DNA from: a virus
Virus record (IMG/VR): IMGVR_UViG_3300045125_000085
Location: 80,007-144,006 of that record
Direction: 5' to 3' (one strand)
Length of the DNA stretch: 64,000 nt
Both the position numbers and the translations under genes were made by a program. Positions 37,685 to 50,202 of this stretch are shown here, piece by piece; within the stretch, counting starts at the first letter, position 1, and each line of letters starts with the position of its first letter. Below the pieces are notes generated by a model, which saw only the letters and a program-made list of their open reading frames with translations, was not told where the DNA came from and did no database searches.

Positions 37685-38391
37685 TCCTAGCGTCGCTTTC
37701 ACTGAGCCTCCGGCCTTCTTTCTATTAAGCTCCTTCTTACTTCATTCTTCCTTGAAGTGATTTCGCCTTCCGTGGCGTTATATGCGGTTAGCTCATCCAT
37801 GATCTTCCACATCCTTAAATAACTCTACACCCAAGGCGTAGAGCTCTGGATCACCTTCCTTGGTGATCAGCACTTCCCATGCACCACCCGTCCAACCTCC
37901 TTGGTCGGACGAACTGTAGAGTGGCGCCATTCCTTTCAATGGCGCCACCGTATTCATACGACGCTTCCACGTCGTAACGAAGTCTGCCAAACTTCCTTGT
38001 TTTTGGTCCACAGAGAATTCCTTTTCTTTTCAGCGATCCTTGCTTCTTCTTCGCTCATCCTTGCGAATATTTTCATCCTTCATCCTGAACGCTTGCTCCT
38101 CGTCCTTGAAGGGTTTTAACGCTTCCTTGCATAATTCCCTGAAATCCTTTTCAAGAATATCCTTGGCCTCCCTGGCCTTTTTCTTCTCCATGAATTCCTT
38201 TTCCTCTTGCTCCCTCATCGGGAGCGTTACTAAAAGACATCCCTTTCTATTTCACGTCCTTGTTTAAGTGAATAAACCACCCCTTCCATAGGGGTTTTTC
38301 CTCTGTCAAGGACATACATGGTTTCCCATGTATGTCCGGCCACCCAAGCCTTCTTCCGAGAAAGAAAGCTAAAAGACTTCTGAATGCTCAT
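37685..38391 (-). CDS. early charged/coiled-coil hypothetical protein (frameshifted)
   Basis: ATG 38391 behind GGAGG; pieces 38030-38218 and 37793-38011. Confidence 0.5.
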
Positions 38392-38510
38392 AATACACCT
38401 CCTTGGGTGTTGGCTCTAAGCCCGAGCAGACCTAGAGTATTGATGGATAGCCTGCTTATGCAGGCTTTGGTTCATGCTTACTATGTGGGATTATAGCTTT
38501 TTGCATTTCA
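38392..38510 (-). promoter_or_regulatory. early promoter plus leader with hairpin 2
   Basis: CTCTAGG-TCTGCTCGGG-CTTAGAG at 38414-38437; different 5' hairpin (AGCCTGC-ATAA-GCAGGCT). Confidence 0.8.
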
Positions 38511-38526
38511 AAAAGAAAAGTAGAAG

Positions 38527-38566
38527 CATATAGCCCAGATAGCTTTAGTGCTCTCTGGGCTATATG
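38527..38566. repeat. CATA...TATG palindrome
   Basis: catatagcccaga...tctgggctatatg. Confidence 0.85.
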
Positions 38567-38569
38567 TCA

Positions 38570-40808
38570 GCTTAATTTACTATTCGTCATCGCACATAGT
38601 ACACCTCGGTATAAAGGCGCCAGTAGAGCGATTAGGCTCTACTGGCGCTATGCTGATTAGTTTAGCGACTGATGAGATAGCTACCACTCATGAGGTAGCC
38701 TTTATGCAGTCTATAGATCTGATCATCTCTAGTAATGATCAGATTATTCACTGACATATAGGGCCAGGCTTCCATTTGGGTGAACAAGCTACTAGCTAAC
38801 TCATACAGCATCGGTGTTTGCCGCTCATCTATCCTCAGTGGCTCCATATCACCGATCTCTATCGCTAACTCACTGCCGAGTATATCGACATAAGTCAAGC
38901 TATAGTTGATAGGAATAAATGACATATTAGCACTACCATGCATCTCGTCATCACTATCGCTCTCATCATCCTTAATATCAAAGCTTTCCTGATATCAGCT
39001 CGTACGACTTTATCTAGCGGACTGATCATGCGGTTCCCGAGCATTTCCATCTCGAACCTATCGTAAGCAGCTGAGTAATTACCATCATAGTTCTCACGCA
39101 GGTAATCTTTCAGGCTATCGATATCGCTAGTAAAGCTATCGATACTGATACGTCCCAGCGACAAGTTATACGTCAGAAACTGGTTAATGACGCTAGTCAG
39201 CCAGCTATCGATCTCGTTACAATAGAGTACGAGATCAGTCGCATCTTCGCCATCGGTGTCTTTCTGACTGCTGCAGGCTGTACCGATGCTCCTGAGCTTC
39301 TTAGCCATGTCGGTAAATCTACGCATGCTAAAGATCTGATCGTAGACGTTATCATAGCTCTCATCCGTCACGATAGGTTTAGCTATCAGTGACGAAGCTA
39401 CGATACAGACCACAAGCTCCTTTGACACGCTGCTGTCTACGGCACTCCAGCTTGACTCTAAAGATAGCATCTTCCAGGAATGAGCCTACGCTCCACTTCT
39501 TATCAATGTAGGTATTGATGAGGTCGAGGTTTTCGGCTTCGGGTTCAGTACCATCTACCGATATAGCGGCTTCGAGGTTCTCCCTACTGATAGCAGCCAT
39601 ATCTCGACTGGCATTAGTGATCTGCTCATTACGCAGTACGCCATCCAGCGTGTAAGAGTGATCCAAGAAAGTGATAGCGTGTATAGTTACGGTTCATCTG
39701 TGATTTCTCCAATGGTTTAACGACCTCGTAGACGCGATCGTTTCTTTTCTGATAGTAGACGTCGAACGCCGATTTATCGATCAACGTCCGGTAGGGTTGG
39801 CTGCTGCTAGGGATCCAGTCAGCTGCAGTGAGCGCCATTTCTAGCTGAGTGCTGTCCATAATAGGCTCCATGTCAGGGACTACACTAGGTGCAGCATCGG
39901 ACGACATATAGCGCGTATAGCTATTTTCATAATAGCTCGACGCCTGTAGTCCATTACCACCAGGTCTTCCCTAGAGTAGCCGGTCCTGTGGGTGGGGTCG
40001 GTGGTGGTGTAGGCTGCCCATACTGAGCAGGTGGTGGCGGTGCCGCGTTCTGACTAGTGTACTTATTGACGGCACCTTGCGTCTGCGAATAAGGAGGAGG
40101 GTAGCCCATCCCCATCCCCATCGGCGACTGCATCGGTCGTCCCAGAGTAGCACCACCAGGATACTGCGGTGCTCCCATACTCGGCTGCCCGTACGGCTGT
40201 GACCCGTACGGCTGCTGATATCCTTGTTGAGGCGAGTACCCATGTTGAGGATACTGCGGCTGGTACTGTGGAGGATATCCCGGTGACTGAGCAGGGTACT
40301 GTGGCTGATACTGAGGAGGAGCGAATCCTCCCATCCCCATCTGCGCCTTCAGATTAGCGATCTCTTGCCGTCTCGCATTTAAGAAGGCTAAGTTCTCCAT
40401 CGTGCCATTGATCAGCTGCGGCGTCACCATGCCTTTCAGATCAGGAAACTGATGTAGCTTCTCCGAGATCCAAAGTACATAAGTGTTGCTAGCTACTTCA
40501 GCCAGTATCTGACGCGGATCCTGCGCCATGCCTTTACGTAGATCGACTGCGATACTAAACGCAGCAGTCGAGACTACATCAGCAAAATCAGCATTCTGCC
40601 AATTGTTAGCAGCCAACAAGTTGAAGCAGAACATCCTTAACGGTGACTGACCTGAACGAGCCGATGCTTCGTTCGCAATTACCGTAGCAATGTCTGCTAG
40701 AAATGGATAGACCTCAGGTGGGACTTGCACCTGAGGGATAGTGGGAGGCGATCCAGGTGGGTACTGGACCGCTTGATGCTCGTAGGCATCGGCTCTGTGA
40801 GGCAGCAT
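38570..40808 (-). CDS. conserved phiKZ-like protein downstream of the nvRNAP subunit, with P/Q/Y/G low-complexity region (frameshifted)
   Basis: Consecutive ORFs 39954-40808, 39629-39907, 39379-39666, 38895-39470 and 38662-38943. Confidence 0.6.
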
Positions 40809-40819
40809 AGATTATACTC

Positions 40820-42450
40820 CTATTTGATGCCCTTTAACATACCTTCCGTATGCTCCACAAAGACTGGAACTTCGGATTACCGACGATCTCGCCGTTCGCT
40901 AAGTTCACGTGCATGTACGGATTCGCACGGATCATAGGTGTCGGATTGCTCTTGGGTAAGAACAATATCGAACCAGCTTCGATCATGCTGCTATGCAGTC
41001 GTTTACTAGCGTCTACCGTAGTACGAGTACGGCGACCACGTCTAGCTCCGACTACACTCTGCTGCTGCCCGATGACGCTCGTTAGTTTGAAGTACTTATT
41101 ATCACCCGAATAGCTGACGCTACCCGCAGCGATATTAGCTCTCGTCAAACCAAAGATACTACCAGGCTTCAGCAGCTTATTAAACACACCCATGACATCA
41201 TCCGCTGTTAGCGTCATACCTTTCTCTTGCTTCTTAGTATTTTGCTTAGCTAGTTGAAAAAGCTGTCTTAAATATACTAGTCTTAATATCGAACAGAGCA
41301 TAGTACAAGACTTCTAAGTTCTTACCGTAGACGGACTGGGTGACGTCCGATGAAGCTAATGTCCATTGGTTAAACTCCTTTAAGATGTAAGCCATCAGCT
41401 CGTAAAAGTCTGAGACTTCACAGCCGATTTCAGCGAGCTTTCTAGCGATGATGGGGTCGACATACTCATTTAAACTACCGAAGTGCTCTTGGATCTTCGT
41501 GTAGTTGACACCCATGCGGCTATTACCGAGAAGATGACTTCACCTAGCAGTATGATCCATAGCCTAGCATCCGTAATCGTCTCGATCGCTATACGCTGAG
41601 GAAAGTGATCGATGACGTAGAAAGCAACCTGCCATCAATGCCTGCGTCATCGCATTCCAATCTGACTTAGGCACCGCTACGAATAACTTGCTAGGGAAGT
41701 ATATGGGATCCATATACGTCTTGGGTTTAATCTGCAAAGACGTACAGACGACCCAATCGCTCGCTGGATAATCGCGCTCCGTATGCTCACCATACTCTCC
41801 GACTATAGGTGTCGTATTAGCGAACTTCTGGAAATGTCTCCATAAAGCCATACCGAGCAAACAAGTAATGCGCTACACAACTCTTCGCTTTAGTCGTAGG
41901 CGGTACTTTCTTCATTTCGGTGCTCTTTCTGAAGATTTCGCTCCAGACTACATACGTCTGCTCTCTACCTTGATTCGTTACGAACGAGACAGGCAAGCGA
42001 TAGAAGTTGACCTTATCGCGTTCGAGCCGTACGAATACGGATTGTCCTGTCGCCGATACACACTTATCCGTCAGTACGGGATGGATGTGATAGCAGGTGC
42101 CGCCTAGATGAATGATCCCCGCATCATCTACGAACGGCAAATACAAATACCTATCGAACTTACGGCCTTGATACTGGAACCAGAAGCGGACTTGATAGAT
42201 GTCGCTCCTAGCTAGATTAAGGATACGTCTGCCATTCCTGGCTTTTGTGACTTCTTCAAACTCTTCCTTAGGTGTACAGCGTTGATATCCTAGATACTCT
42301 AGCTCAGGTACTGAGCGTATCGCACCACCTAAATAGCTCGTCGATATATCGCTCTGCTAGAGGGATATACGTAGTAGCTAGTCCGTCACACACTGCCCGG
42401 TTCGGATACGGGACGTGCTTGTCTATCAGCTCCCTAAATGCTTTCTCCAT
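40820..42450 (-). CDS. non-virion RNA polymerase beta subunit, N-terminal part (phiKZ gp123-like; frameshifted)
   Basis: YLGYQRCTPKEEF, SDIYQVRFWF, YLYLPFV...G..YHIHPVLTD, RLERDK, YSGDNKYFKLTS, LHSSMIEAGS, RANPY. Confidence 0.8.
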
Positions 42451-42523
42451 CTTAGACTCCTATTGTAGTTAGTTTATGGATATCCTAGCCTTTTAAGGCC
42501 AGGACATCCTATATTTGCCATGA

Positions 42524-43662
42524 TTATTTTTTCATGACGACAGCGGCCACCCTAGCCCTGCGACTAGCGCCCCCGTAATGAACTTAAACCAGTCGTGGTT
42601 GTCCTTACAGATCGTAGAGAGCGTTGCTCGTAGTACGATTCACGCTCTAACTTCTGAGAATCAAACTTAGCTTTGAGTCTCTGGGCTTCGGCTTCCATGT
42701 CGAACTTCTCCTTCGCTAACTCCGCTTCCCGTTCTTTCATCTTCGCTTCCCGTGCATGTTGCTCAGCACGGATGCGTTCAGCTTCTTCTCTGAGCTTTTG
42801 TTCTAGCTGCTTGATCTTCTAGCTGCTTGATACTGAAGCGATGATTCATCTCAGCGACTTGCTCTTGCCTTAACGTCTTAACATCCCCACCCGAGATAGC
42901 TTCTTCACGTGTCTTAAATAGACCGAGCTTTTCTTCTGCTTCCTCTAGCTCGAACCTACCGACATTGATGATAGGCTTGCCGTACTGATCTTGATCCGTG
43001 ATACCGACATAGACTCCACTAGCACGTAAAGGATCTACCCGTGGCTTCAGCTGCAGTAGCTGCTTAGCTAGATAGATAAATCGCTCACCGATCTGATGCT
43101 CATTATCTATTAACTCTATAGAAAACGTCAAGCCATGTATCGTCTTCGCCATCTCCTGATAGCGCTCCTGTAAGAGCACTGAGTAAGAGTGCGGATGATC
43201 CGGTGCCTGGCTCGGATGATCGAGCGTGACGACGATATCACGATTCGCTATGTATAAAGAACGATGCTCCTCTAAACGCTCTTCCTTGACTACGCAGTCC
43301 AAGATGACTTGAATCGGTGTAAAGCGATGATCCTCATATTGGCGAAAGAACGATTCCTTAAAGATGCGAAAGTCAGCATAATCATTATCTTCCGAACGCT
43401 CTAAGAACAAACGCTGTAAATCCGAAATGCACTTACAGGCACCATGTACTCATCCCTGATAATAAACTCCTGCGAGTATGTGTCAGGAGTACTATCGATA
43501 CGATGCTTGGATATTGCTCCTATCTACTACCGTGATTTGATAGCGTGTGTGGTTGATATACACGGTACGTCGTTGTATACCACTCACGTGCTGATTAGGC
43601 ATCTCATACGGGCCATGGATCTTAGCGCGTACGAGACCGATTAAATGCTCAATGTCTAGCAT
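42524..43662 (-). CDS. conserved phiKZ gp122-like protein with C-terminal coiled coil (frameshifted)
   Basis: ORF 42778-43410 plus flanking frames; GGAGG-ATG at 43662; early-like CATATACTA upstream. Confidence 0.6.
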
Positions 43663-43720
43663 AGATACCTCCTATTGCTGCATTATTAGTATATGGGGAC
43701 ATACTGCATTCGACTAGACG

Positions 43721-43759
43721 GCATAGACAGAGGAGCTACTGTAGCTCCTCTGTCTATGC
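43721..43759. repeat. CATA...TATG palindrome with different arm sequence
   Basis: gcatagacagaggagcta-ctg-tagctcctctgtctatgc. Confidence 0.85.
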
Positions 43760-44227
43760 TGGCTTATGCATGGATGATTCCTAAATTGTAAGCTTCTTGT
43801 AGTCTAGCCTCAATCTCAATCATCAAGTAATGACCGAAAGCGTTCAGTATCGGAGTAGGCTGCTCTTCATTGACATACTGTCTAATAAACAATACGTTAC
43901 GACAATCCAGCTTGTGTAAATGATAGCCTAAATCCTACTACTGTCTGCAGCTCTTCAGGTACAGGCTGTACTCTCATACGGGTGCAGTAGCTGTAAATCA
44001 TCAGCTACATCCCCGCCTAGATAACCATCGAGGTAGATCTTAGCGATCTTAGTATCTGCTTGCAATATACCTTTCTGCTGAGTACCGTCGTATTCGACTA
44101 AGTGTAACTTAAGGTAGCGTTTCGCATACAGTGCTGAGTGGTATAGGTCTACGTGCAGCAGCAGTAGTCATGGTATACTCGGTAAAATACGAGCACCTAT
44201 CGCTAGATGCTCGTAGAGTGCTGTTAA

Positions 44228-45070
44228 TTATCTATGGAGTTCTCTGAGATAACTACAGAATGCCATCCCTGCAGCTGTCTCGTAATCCATATCGTCCGTC
44301 TTAGCGATACGGATCACCATGTCAGGATGGTCTAGGCGCTTGATGCCGAACATCCAGGCATTTTCTTCTTTCTTAAAGCAGCTTAACATCAGCCACAGAT
44401 TAAAGCGCTTAAACACTTTATTCATAGCCTTGTTATTCCAAGCTCTAATGAAAGGTGCTACGGGTTGGTCTTTGAAGATAGGCGACATCATCATCGCCTG
44501 AAAGCCTTCTTCAGTCACTAAGAAGCTCTTAGCCATTGCATCCATGAGTGTCTGACTGACATCGTAGCGATTCAACCAAGCTTTGACGTTCTTACGTGAA
44601 ACGACCTGCTCATTATCTATCGGGTTTTGCAGGTTCTCGTAGTTCTTCAGCGTTTCATCGAGGTTGCCTTCACCGCTAGTGTTTTCAGCGAGCTTCTGAG
44701 CTGAGAGACTGTTCAGGAAGTCTATGAGGACTTGATTAGTCAGCGTATCGCCTTCAGTAGATTCCAGCAAAGCAGCCGCTACGTCTGCTGGCAACTGCAT
44801 CTGACCTGGCATCTGCGGTGGCATCTGCGGTGGCATCTCCATGCCTTCAGGTATTTCTTGAGCTATACCTTCGGCCACAATCTCAGGTACTTCCAGTACG
44901 TCAGACTCGCTAGCAGTAGACTCGGCTTTCTCCATAGGTACTTCGACAAATTCAGCATCAATGATTTCTTCATCAGGGCGGTAGGACATTATAGTAGACT
45001 CCTCTAGGGTCGTATGGTCGGTGTCGACAGATGGTCGTTTAGGGGTGAGACGGATGCGGTTAGGCTCCAT
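44228..45070 (-). CDS. hypothetical protein with acidic/PQM-rich N-terminus
   Basis: Intact 280-aa ORF; MPPQMPPQMP repeat. Confidence 0.7.
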   Translation of the reverse strand: MEPNRIRLTPKRPSVDTDHTTLEESTIMSYRPDEEIIDAEFVEVPMEKAESTASESDVLEVPEIVAEGIAQEIPEGMEMPPQMPPQMPGQMQLPADVAAALLESTEGDTLTNQVLIDFLNSLSAQKLAENTSGEGNLDETLKNYENLQNPIDNEQVVSRKNVKAWLNRYDVSQTLMDAMAKSFLVTEEGFQAMMMSPIFKDQPVAPFIRAWNNKAMNKVFKRFNLWLMLSCFKKEENAWMFGIKRLDHPDMVIRIAKTDDMDYETAAGMAFCSYLRELHR

Positions 45071-45289
45071 TAGGACTCCTTAGTTTAAAAGCACTCATTA
45101 GCATATACAGCTTACCTAAAAATAAGGCAGCATAATACGCATCAACGCTGAGCCGACACTCAGTGCTATGCGTAAGTAATTCCAGCGTGGAAAAAAGGAG
45201 GCACCACGTAGGCACCTCCTTAAGATTTCCCTTTTCTCAGAAGAAGGTAATAGCAGTAAACGTGAGCACATCTACCACTATACGATACC

Positions 45290-45929
45290 TTAGATAAAAG
45301 TAGCCATATCAAAGCCGACGATAGTGCCGCCTTCAAACGGTATCTCGGCTCCATCAGCAGCGATCGCATGGACGCCATTGATCTCTAGCTTAAAGGTATC
45401 GTCATTATAGTTAATGACGCCTGAGATATCTAAGCTCAGTTCGATATACCACATGTTCTCATGATACTGGAGTGGGCCAGGTATCTCTTCTTCTAAGAAG
45501 ACTTGATCGCCTTCCACGGTCATACTAGCTTGACTGATAGTAGTACGTACTGAGAGATCATAGCGATACTCCCAGCTCTCTGGCTGATCATTATCGACCG
45601 AGTCATGCCAGTGATCTGGTGCAGAGAAACTGTTGCTGACCCTGATGACATAGGTATTCCCTTTATCAGTCTGTACCTGCAGATAGAGAGCTGAGTAGGA
45701 GATCAGCATCTTTCTGAGTGCATCAGGATCCAGCTCGACGATCTTCTCGATCGGTATATCTAAGTTGACTTTCAGCGGACTGGTATAAGGTGCATCTTCC
45801 GGGATACTGCCTCGCCTGCAGCGGTCGTGGTTCCAACACCATGCTATCTACGAAATAATCCGCCATGTCTTCCTGGAATACAGGGTAGCAGAAAGTCAAA
45901 GCAGAAGTCTTGTAAGCGATTGTTCTCAT
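45290..45929 (-). CDS. early hypothetical protein (frameshifted)
   Basis: ORFs 45723-45980 and 45290-45709; promoter upstream. Confidence 0.55.
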
Positions 45930-46012
45930 GAGTATTACTCTCTTGTGGATTAAAAGGAATGAGCAGTAGGGTATGCTCATAAGTAATATATGCGTCCCTG
46001 TTTTATTTCAAT
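45930..46012 (-). promoter_or_regulatory. early promoter with exact TATATTAC plus 5' hairpin
   Basis: TATATTAC at 45983-45990 followed by ATGAGCA-TACCCTAC-TGCTCAT (45959-45980). Confidence 0.75.
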
Positions 46013-46109
46013 ATAGCACTATTTTTAAGTCAGGAACTAATGGTGTGCGACCTCATTAGTGAGGCATATTACTCATTTGTTTTCATCACGATCACATTAG
46101 GCTACACCC

Positions 46110-48956
46110 ATGTCGACACCTACTGCATACGTCATTCGCCGCAACCACACTATCGCTGAATTCGATAGTAATAAAATCTACACCGCCATAATGAAAGCCT
46201 TCTTAGCCGTAGAAGGTGATCACGCTAACGATAGCAGTCGTATCCATGACACAGTCACACGACTGACTGTAGCGATTACTGATAATCTCTTTATAGCAGC
46301 TAAAGCTTCAGTCATCACGCATAACAACCTGCCTCTCTTCGCTATCGAAGATATCCAAAACCACGTAGAACGCCAACTGATGCATAGTGACTACTACACA
46401 GTCGCTAAAGCTTATATCCTTTACCGTGAAGCCAGACATCAAGAAAGACAAGACCAACCCACATCACGCTCTTTACCGATCATACTACATACAGGTGAGC
46501 ATGCTATCTGGACTGAGCAAGATCTACATAGTAAGTTCGATAGCTTAGCAGCTGATCTTAATGACGTAGATGCTGACTGGCTGCATGAACATACTCTAGC
46601 GACTACGTTCGAGTGGATCACTGAGAAAGAACTCTACACGGCTATCATCATGCTAGCGCGTTCACGTATAGAAGTAGAACCTCAATATAGCTACGTAGCT
46701 GCGCGTGTACTCTTACTCCTGCTCCAACAAGAAGCAGTCGAGCGTGTAGTCTCAATAGAAGCTGCATCATTTTTTACAAGCCTACCTACGGCGGCTTTAC
46801 ATTATACGGCTTACTTTAGAGCGTATATTAAGCAAGCTGTAGAAAAACAACTCTTGCATCCTCGCATGCTAGAAGTCTATGGTAGTGAACTCACTAGACT
46901 AGGCGACGCTTTAAACCCTAAACGCGATCTATCCTTTACTTACCTAGGCTTACAGACACTGTACGATCGCTACTTCATCCACGATGGTGATACTCGCATA
47001 GAGTTACCACAAGCCTTCTTCATGCGTGTAGCTATGGGTCTATCGCTCAATGAGCAAGAACCAGTAGAACGTGCTATTGAGTTTTATCACTTACTCTCAC
47101 AGTTCGACTACATGACCTCTACACCCACACTCTTTAATAGTGGGACATTACGCCCTCAGCTCTCTTCATGCTTTCTTTCTACAGTACCAGATGACTTAGA
47201 TAGCATCTATGAAGCCATCAAAGATAATGCACTCTTATCTAAATATGCTGGAGGTCTCGGTAATGACTGGACATCTGTCAGAGCACTAGGTTCACATATC
47301 GTCGGTACTAATGGTAAATCGCAAGGCGTAGTACCTTTCCTTAAAGTCGTCAACGATAGTGCTATCGCTGTCAATCAAGGTGGTAAACGTCTAGGTGCGG
47401 CATGTGTCTATTTAGAAAGTTGGCACTTAGATATAGAAGAGTTCTTAGAACTCAAGAAGAATACTGGTGATGAGCGTAGACGTACTCATGACATCAATAC
47501 TGCGAATTGGATCCCCGACCTACTGATGCAGCGTGTCATGGAAGAAGGCATGTGGACATTATTTAGTCCTAGTGACGTACCTGATCTGCATGATCTCTAC
47601 GGTGCTGCTTTTAAAGCTCGCTATGAGGAGTACGAAGCTTTAGCTGAGTCAGGTCAACTCCATCATAAGCGCCTACCTGCCTTACAGTTATGGCGTAAGA
47701 TGCTGACCATGCTGTATGAAACAGGCCATCCGTGGATCACGTTTAAAGATCCTTGCAACATACGCTACACGAATCAACATGTAGGTGTAGTACATAGTAG
47801 CAACTTATGTACCGAAATTTGCTTGCATACTAATGCCGAAGAGATACGCAGTCTGCAACTTAGGTTCAGTCAATCTAGCACGTCATATACTTGAAGACGG
47901 CGGTATAGACTATAAGAAGCTAGCTAATACCGTCAAGCTCGCTATACGTATGCTGGATAATGTCATCGACCTGAACTACTACAGCGTCGATAAAGCTAGA
48001 CATTCCAATATGCAGCATAGACCTATAGGTCTAGGTATCATGGGCTTTCAAGATGCACTGTATCTAGAAAGACTTCTTATAGTTCACAAGCCGCAGTAGA
48101 CTTCAGCGATGAGATCATGTCGTACATCAGCTACTGTGCGATAGAAGCCTCCTGTAATCTCGCTCGTGAACGTGGTCCGTACAGTACCTTCGATGGCTCA
48201 CTCTGGAGCCAAGGTATCTTACCGATCCACAGCCAGCGTTTACTCATGGAGGATCGTCAGCTGACAGCAGGTGCTGACAACTGTCGTTTCAATGACGACA
48301 TCACTGACGCGAAAGCTTATGCACAGCTACTTAAATTAAGGAGACTGCCAGTGGACTGGGAGCACTTAGCGAGTAAAGTACTCCAGTACGGTATGCGTAA
48401 TAGCAATGTCATGGCTATAGCACCTACCGCTACGATCTCTAATATCTGCGGTGTCTCGCAATCCATCGAGCCTACTTATCAGAACTTGTTCGTTAAGTCG
48501 AATCTGTCTGGTGAGTTCACTATTATCAACCCGTACTTAGTAGCGGATCTAAAAGCAGTAGGTCTGTGGGATGAAGTCATGCTAAATGACCTCAAGCATT
48601 ATGATGGCAGTGTGCAATCTATAGAGCGCATTCCTGCTGATCTTAAAGCTATCTACATGACGGCATTTGAGCATGATCAGTTCTGGCTCATCAGTGCAGC
48701 ATCAGCACGCCAGAAGTGGATAGATCAAGCCCAGTCACTCAACCTCTATTTAGTGAATCCTACAGGCGTCAAGTTAGATGCACTGTATAGATTTGCGTGG
48801 CTGTGTGGTCTTAAGACTACTTACTACTTAAGGACTATGGGTGCTACACATGTGGAGAAGTCTACAGCTATGCAGCATTCTATCACTACAGTAGAGACAG
48901 AAGAGCCAGTCAAGATGTGTCTGATTAACGACCCTACGTGTGAAGCATGTCAATAA
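46110..48956 (+). CDS. nrdA: class Ia ribonucleotide reductase alpha subunit with ATP-cone N-terminus (2 frameshifts)
   Basis: TPTLFNSGT..QLSSCF, SNLCTEI, AVCNLGS, RPIGLGIMG, APTATIS, KTTYYLR, C-terminal CEACQ. Confidence 0.97.
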
Positions 48957-48985
48957 ATTAAAATAGACTACTCGGCATAAAGCAG

Positions 48986-49024
48986 CATAGTGCCCTGAGA
49001 GCCTAGAGCTCTCAGGGCACTATG
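48986..49024. repeat. CATA...TATG palindrome
   Basis: catagtgccctgagagc-ctaga-gctctcagggcactatg; arms identical to 14609. Confidence 0.9.
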
Positions 49025-49177
49025 TCGACTGCTTTCATGCGGCCTTCTTTCTCGCTCTATTGATGCGATCGATAAGATCCAAGACGTTGGCTTCGATCTT
49101 ATCTAACAGTTTCCATGCTTCTTTAATAAGACGCTTGCGAGTGATCTCGTCCATTGCCTAGACCTCTATAAGAGTGA

Positions 49178-49265
49178 TGGTACCCTCAGGCCGGACTCGA
49201 ACCGGCACGCTCGTAAAAGCAAGGGATTTTAAGTCCCTGATGTCTACCAATTTCATCACTGAGGC
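49178..49265 (-). tRNA. trnL: tRNA-Leu(UAA), CCA encoded
   Basis: gcctcag...ttggtagac...gggacTTAAAAtccc, long variable arm, GGTTCGAGTCC, ctgagggtACCA. Confidence 0.93.
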
Positions 49266-49372
49266 AGAAATAATGGGGCTACAAAATAAGTAGCCCCGAC
49301 TGACCGGGAGTGCTAATGCAGTAGTGGTGTGGCCGACTGACGTATTAGTTAAAAATACCCGCGTCTATACTA

Positions 49373-49999
49373 TTATGCACTGACATGATCTTTAGCAGAC
49401 TCACGTGCTACGGCGTTCAGCATCATCGCTACCATGCGATCTTTAGTAAACCACAGTAAGTCAGCAGGCAGAGTCTCAGCTGTCCAGGTGCTACACCAGC
49501 CGTGACGATCATACAGGCTGATGACATTACCGGCTTTACGTACATAGACTCTTACGATGCCGTCATCGTCCGTATGCCATGACCATAGATACTGCTCTGT
49601 GACGTGGTCTAAGATATGCTCACGACAGATAGCAAAGACTTTAGTCATAAGGTCTTCTTCTTTACTGACGCCGTGGTTGACGGCGTTATTGGTGCCTTGA
49701 TTATAGTTACTAAATAAATCAGGCTTATGAAAGACGCCGCAGTAATAATCAGTCGGACGGATATAGCGGGGCTGTGCCCATTTTTCTAAGTATGGAGTCA
49801 TGGTCGTATACGGTGCAAAAGTAATGGTGGTGTAATGCGTAGGTACTTTTTCTACTTTAGAGCGAGTGAGGACTTCTTCTAACATAAAGCGTTTCCTGAT
49901 TTCTAGGAGCTTGAGTCCTAAGGTAGTCTTAGGCTTATAGTCAGCTAGTTTACCGTACAGGGCATAACCAGTTTGGTAGAGTAGGTTAGGGTATCTCAT
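49373..49999 (-). CDS. hypothetical protein
   Basis: Intact 208-aa ORF. Confidence 0.65.
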   Translation of the reverse strand: MRYPNLLYQTGYALYGKLADYKPKTTLGLKLLEIRKRFMLEEVLTRSKVEKVPTHYTTITFAPYTTMTPYLEKWAQPRYIRPTDYYCGVFHKPDLFSNYNQGTNNAVNHGVSKEEDLMTKVFAICREHILDHVTEQYLWSWHTDDDGIVRVYVRKAGNVISLYDRHGWCSTWTAETLPADLLWFTKDRMVAMMLNAVARESAKDHVSA

Positions 50000-50202
50000 A
50001 ACGAGACACCTGTACCACAGAGTCTGCTTAGTGAAGCGATTACATACGGCATAAGTATTGGCTTCAGTATGAAGAGATAAACATAGATGCCGAATACACT
50101 AGCAGTTATAGCCAATGTGACAGCTTGCATAAATAAACAGGCAGTGTGTTGAAGTGGTCGATGTGTTTGTTATGGGTGGGTGGCATTATGTATCTCTGAG
50201 AA

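Noticed and set aside
46110-48956. Intein or group I intron in nrdA (also dnaB and RNAP)
   Set aside because: The merged length of about 950 aa fits an ATP-cone-extended NrdA; the motifs are contiguous across the breaks and no homing endonuclease motifs are seen.
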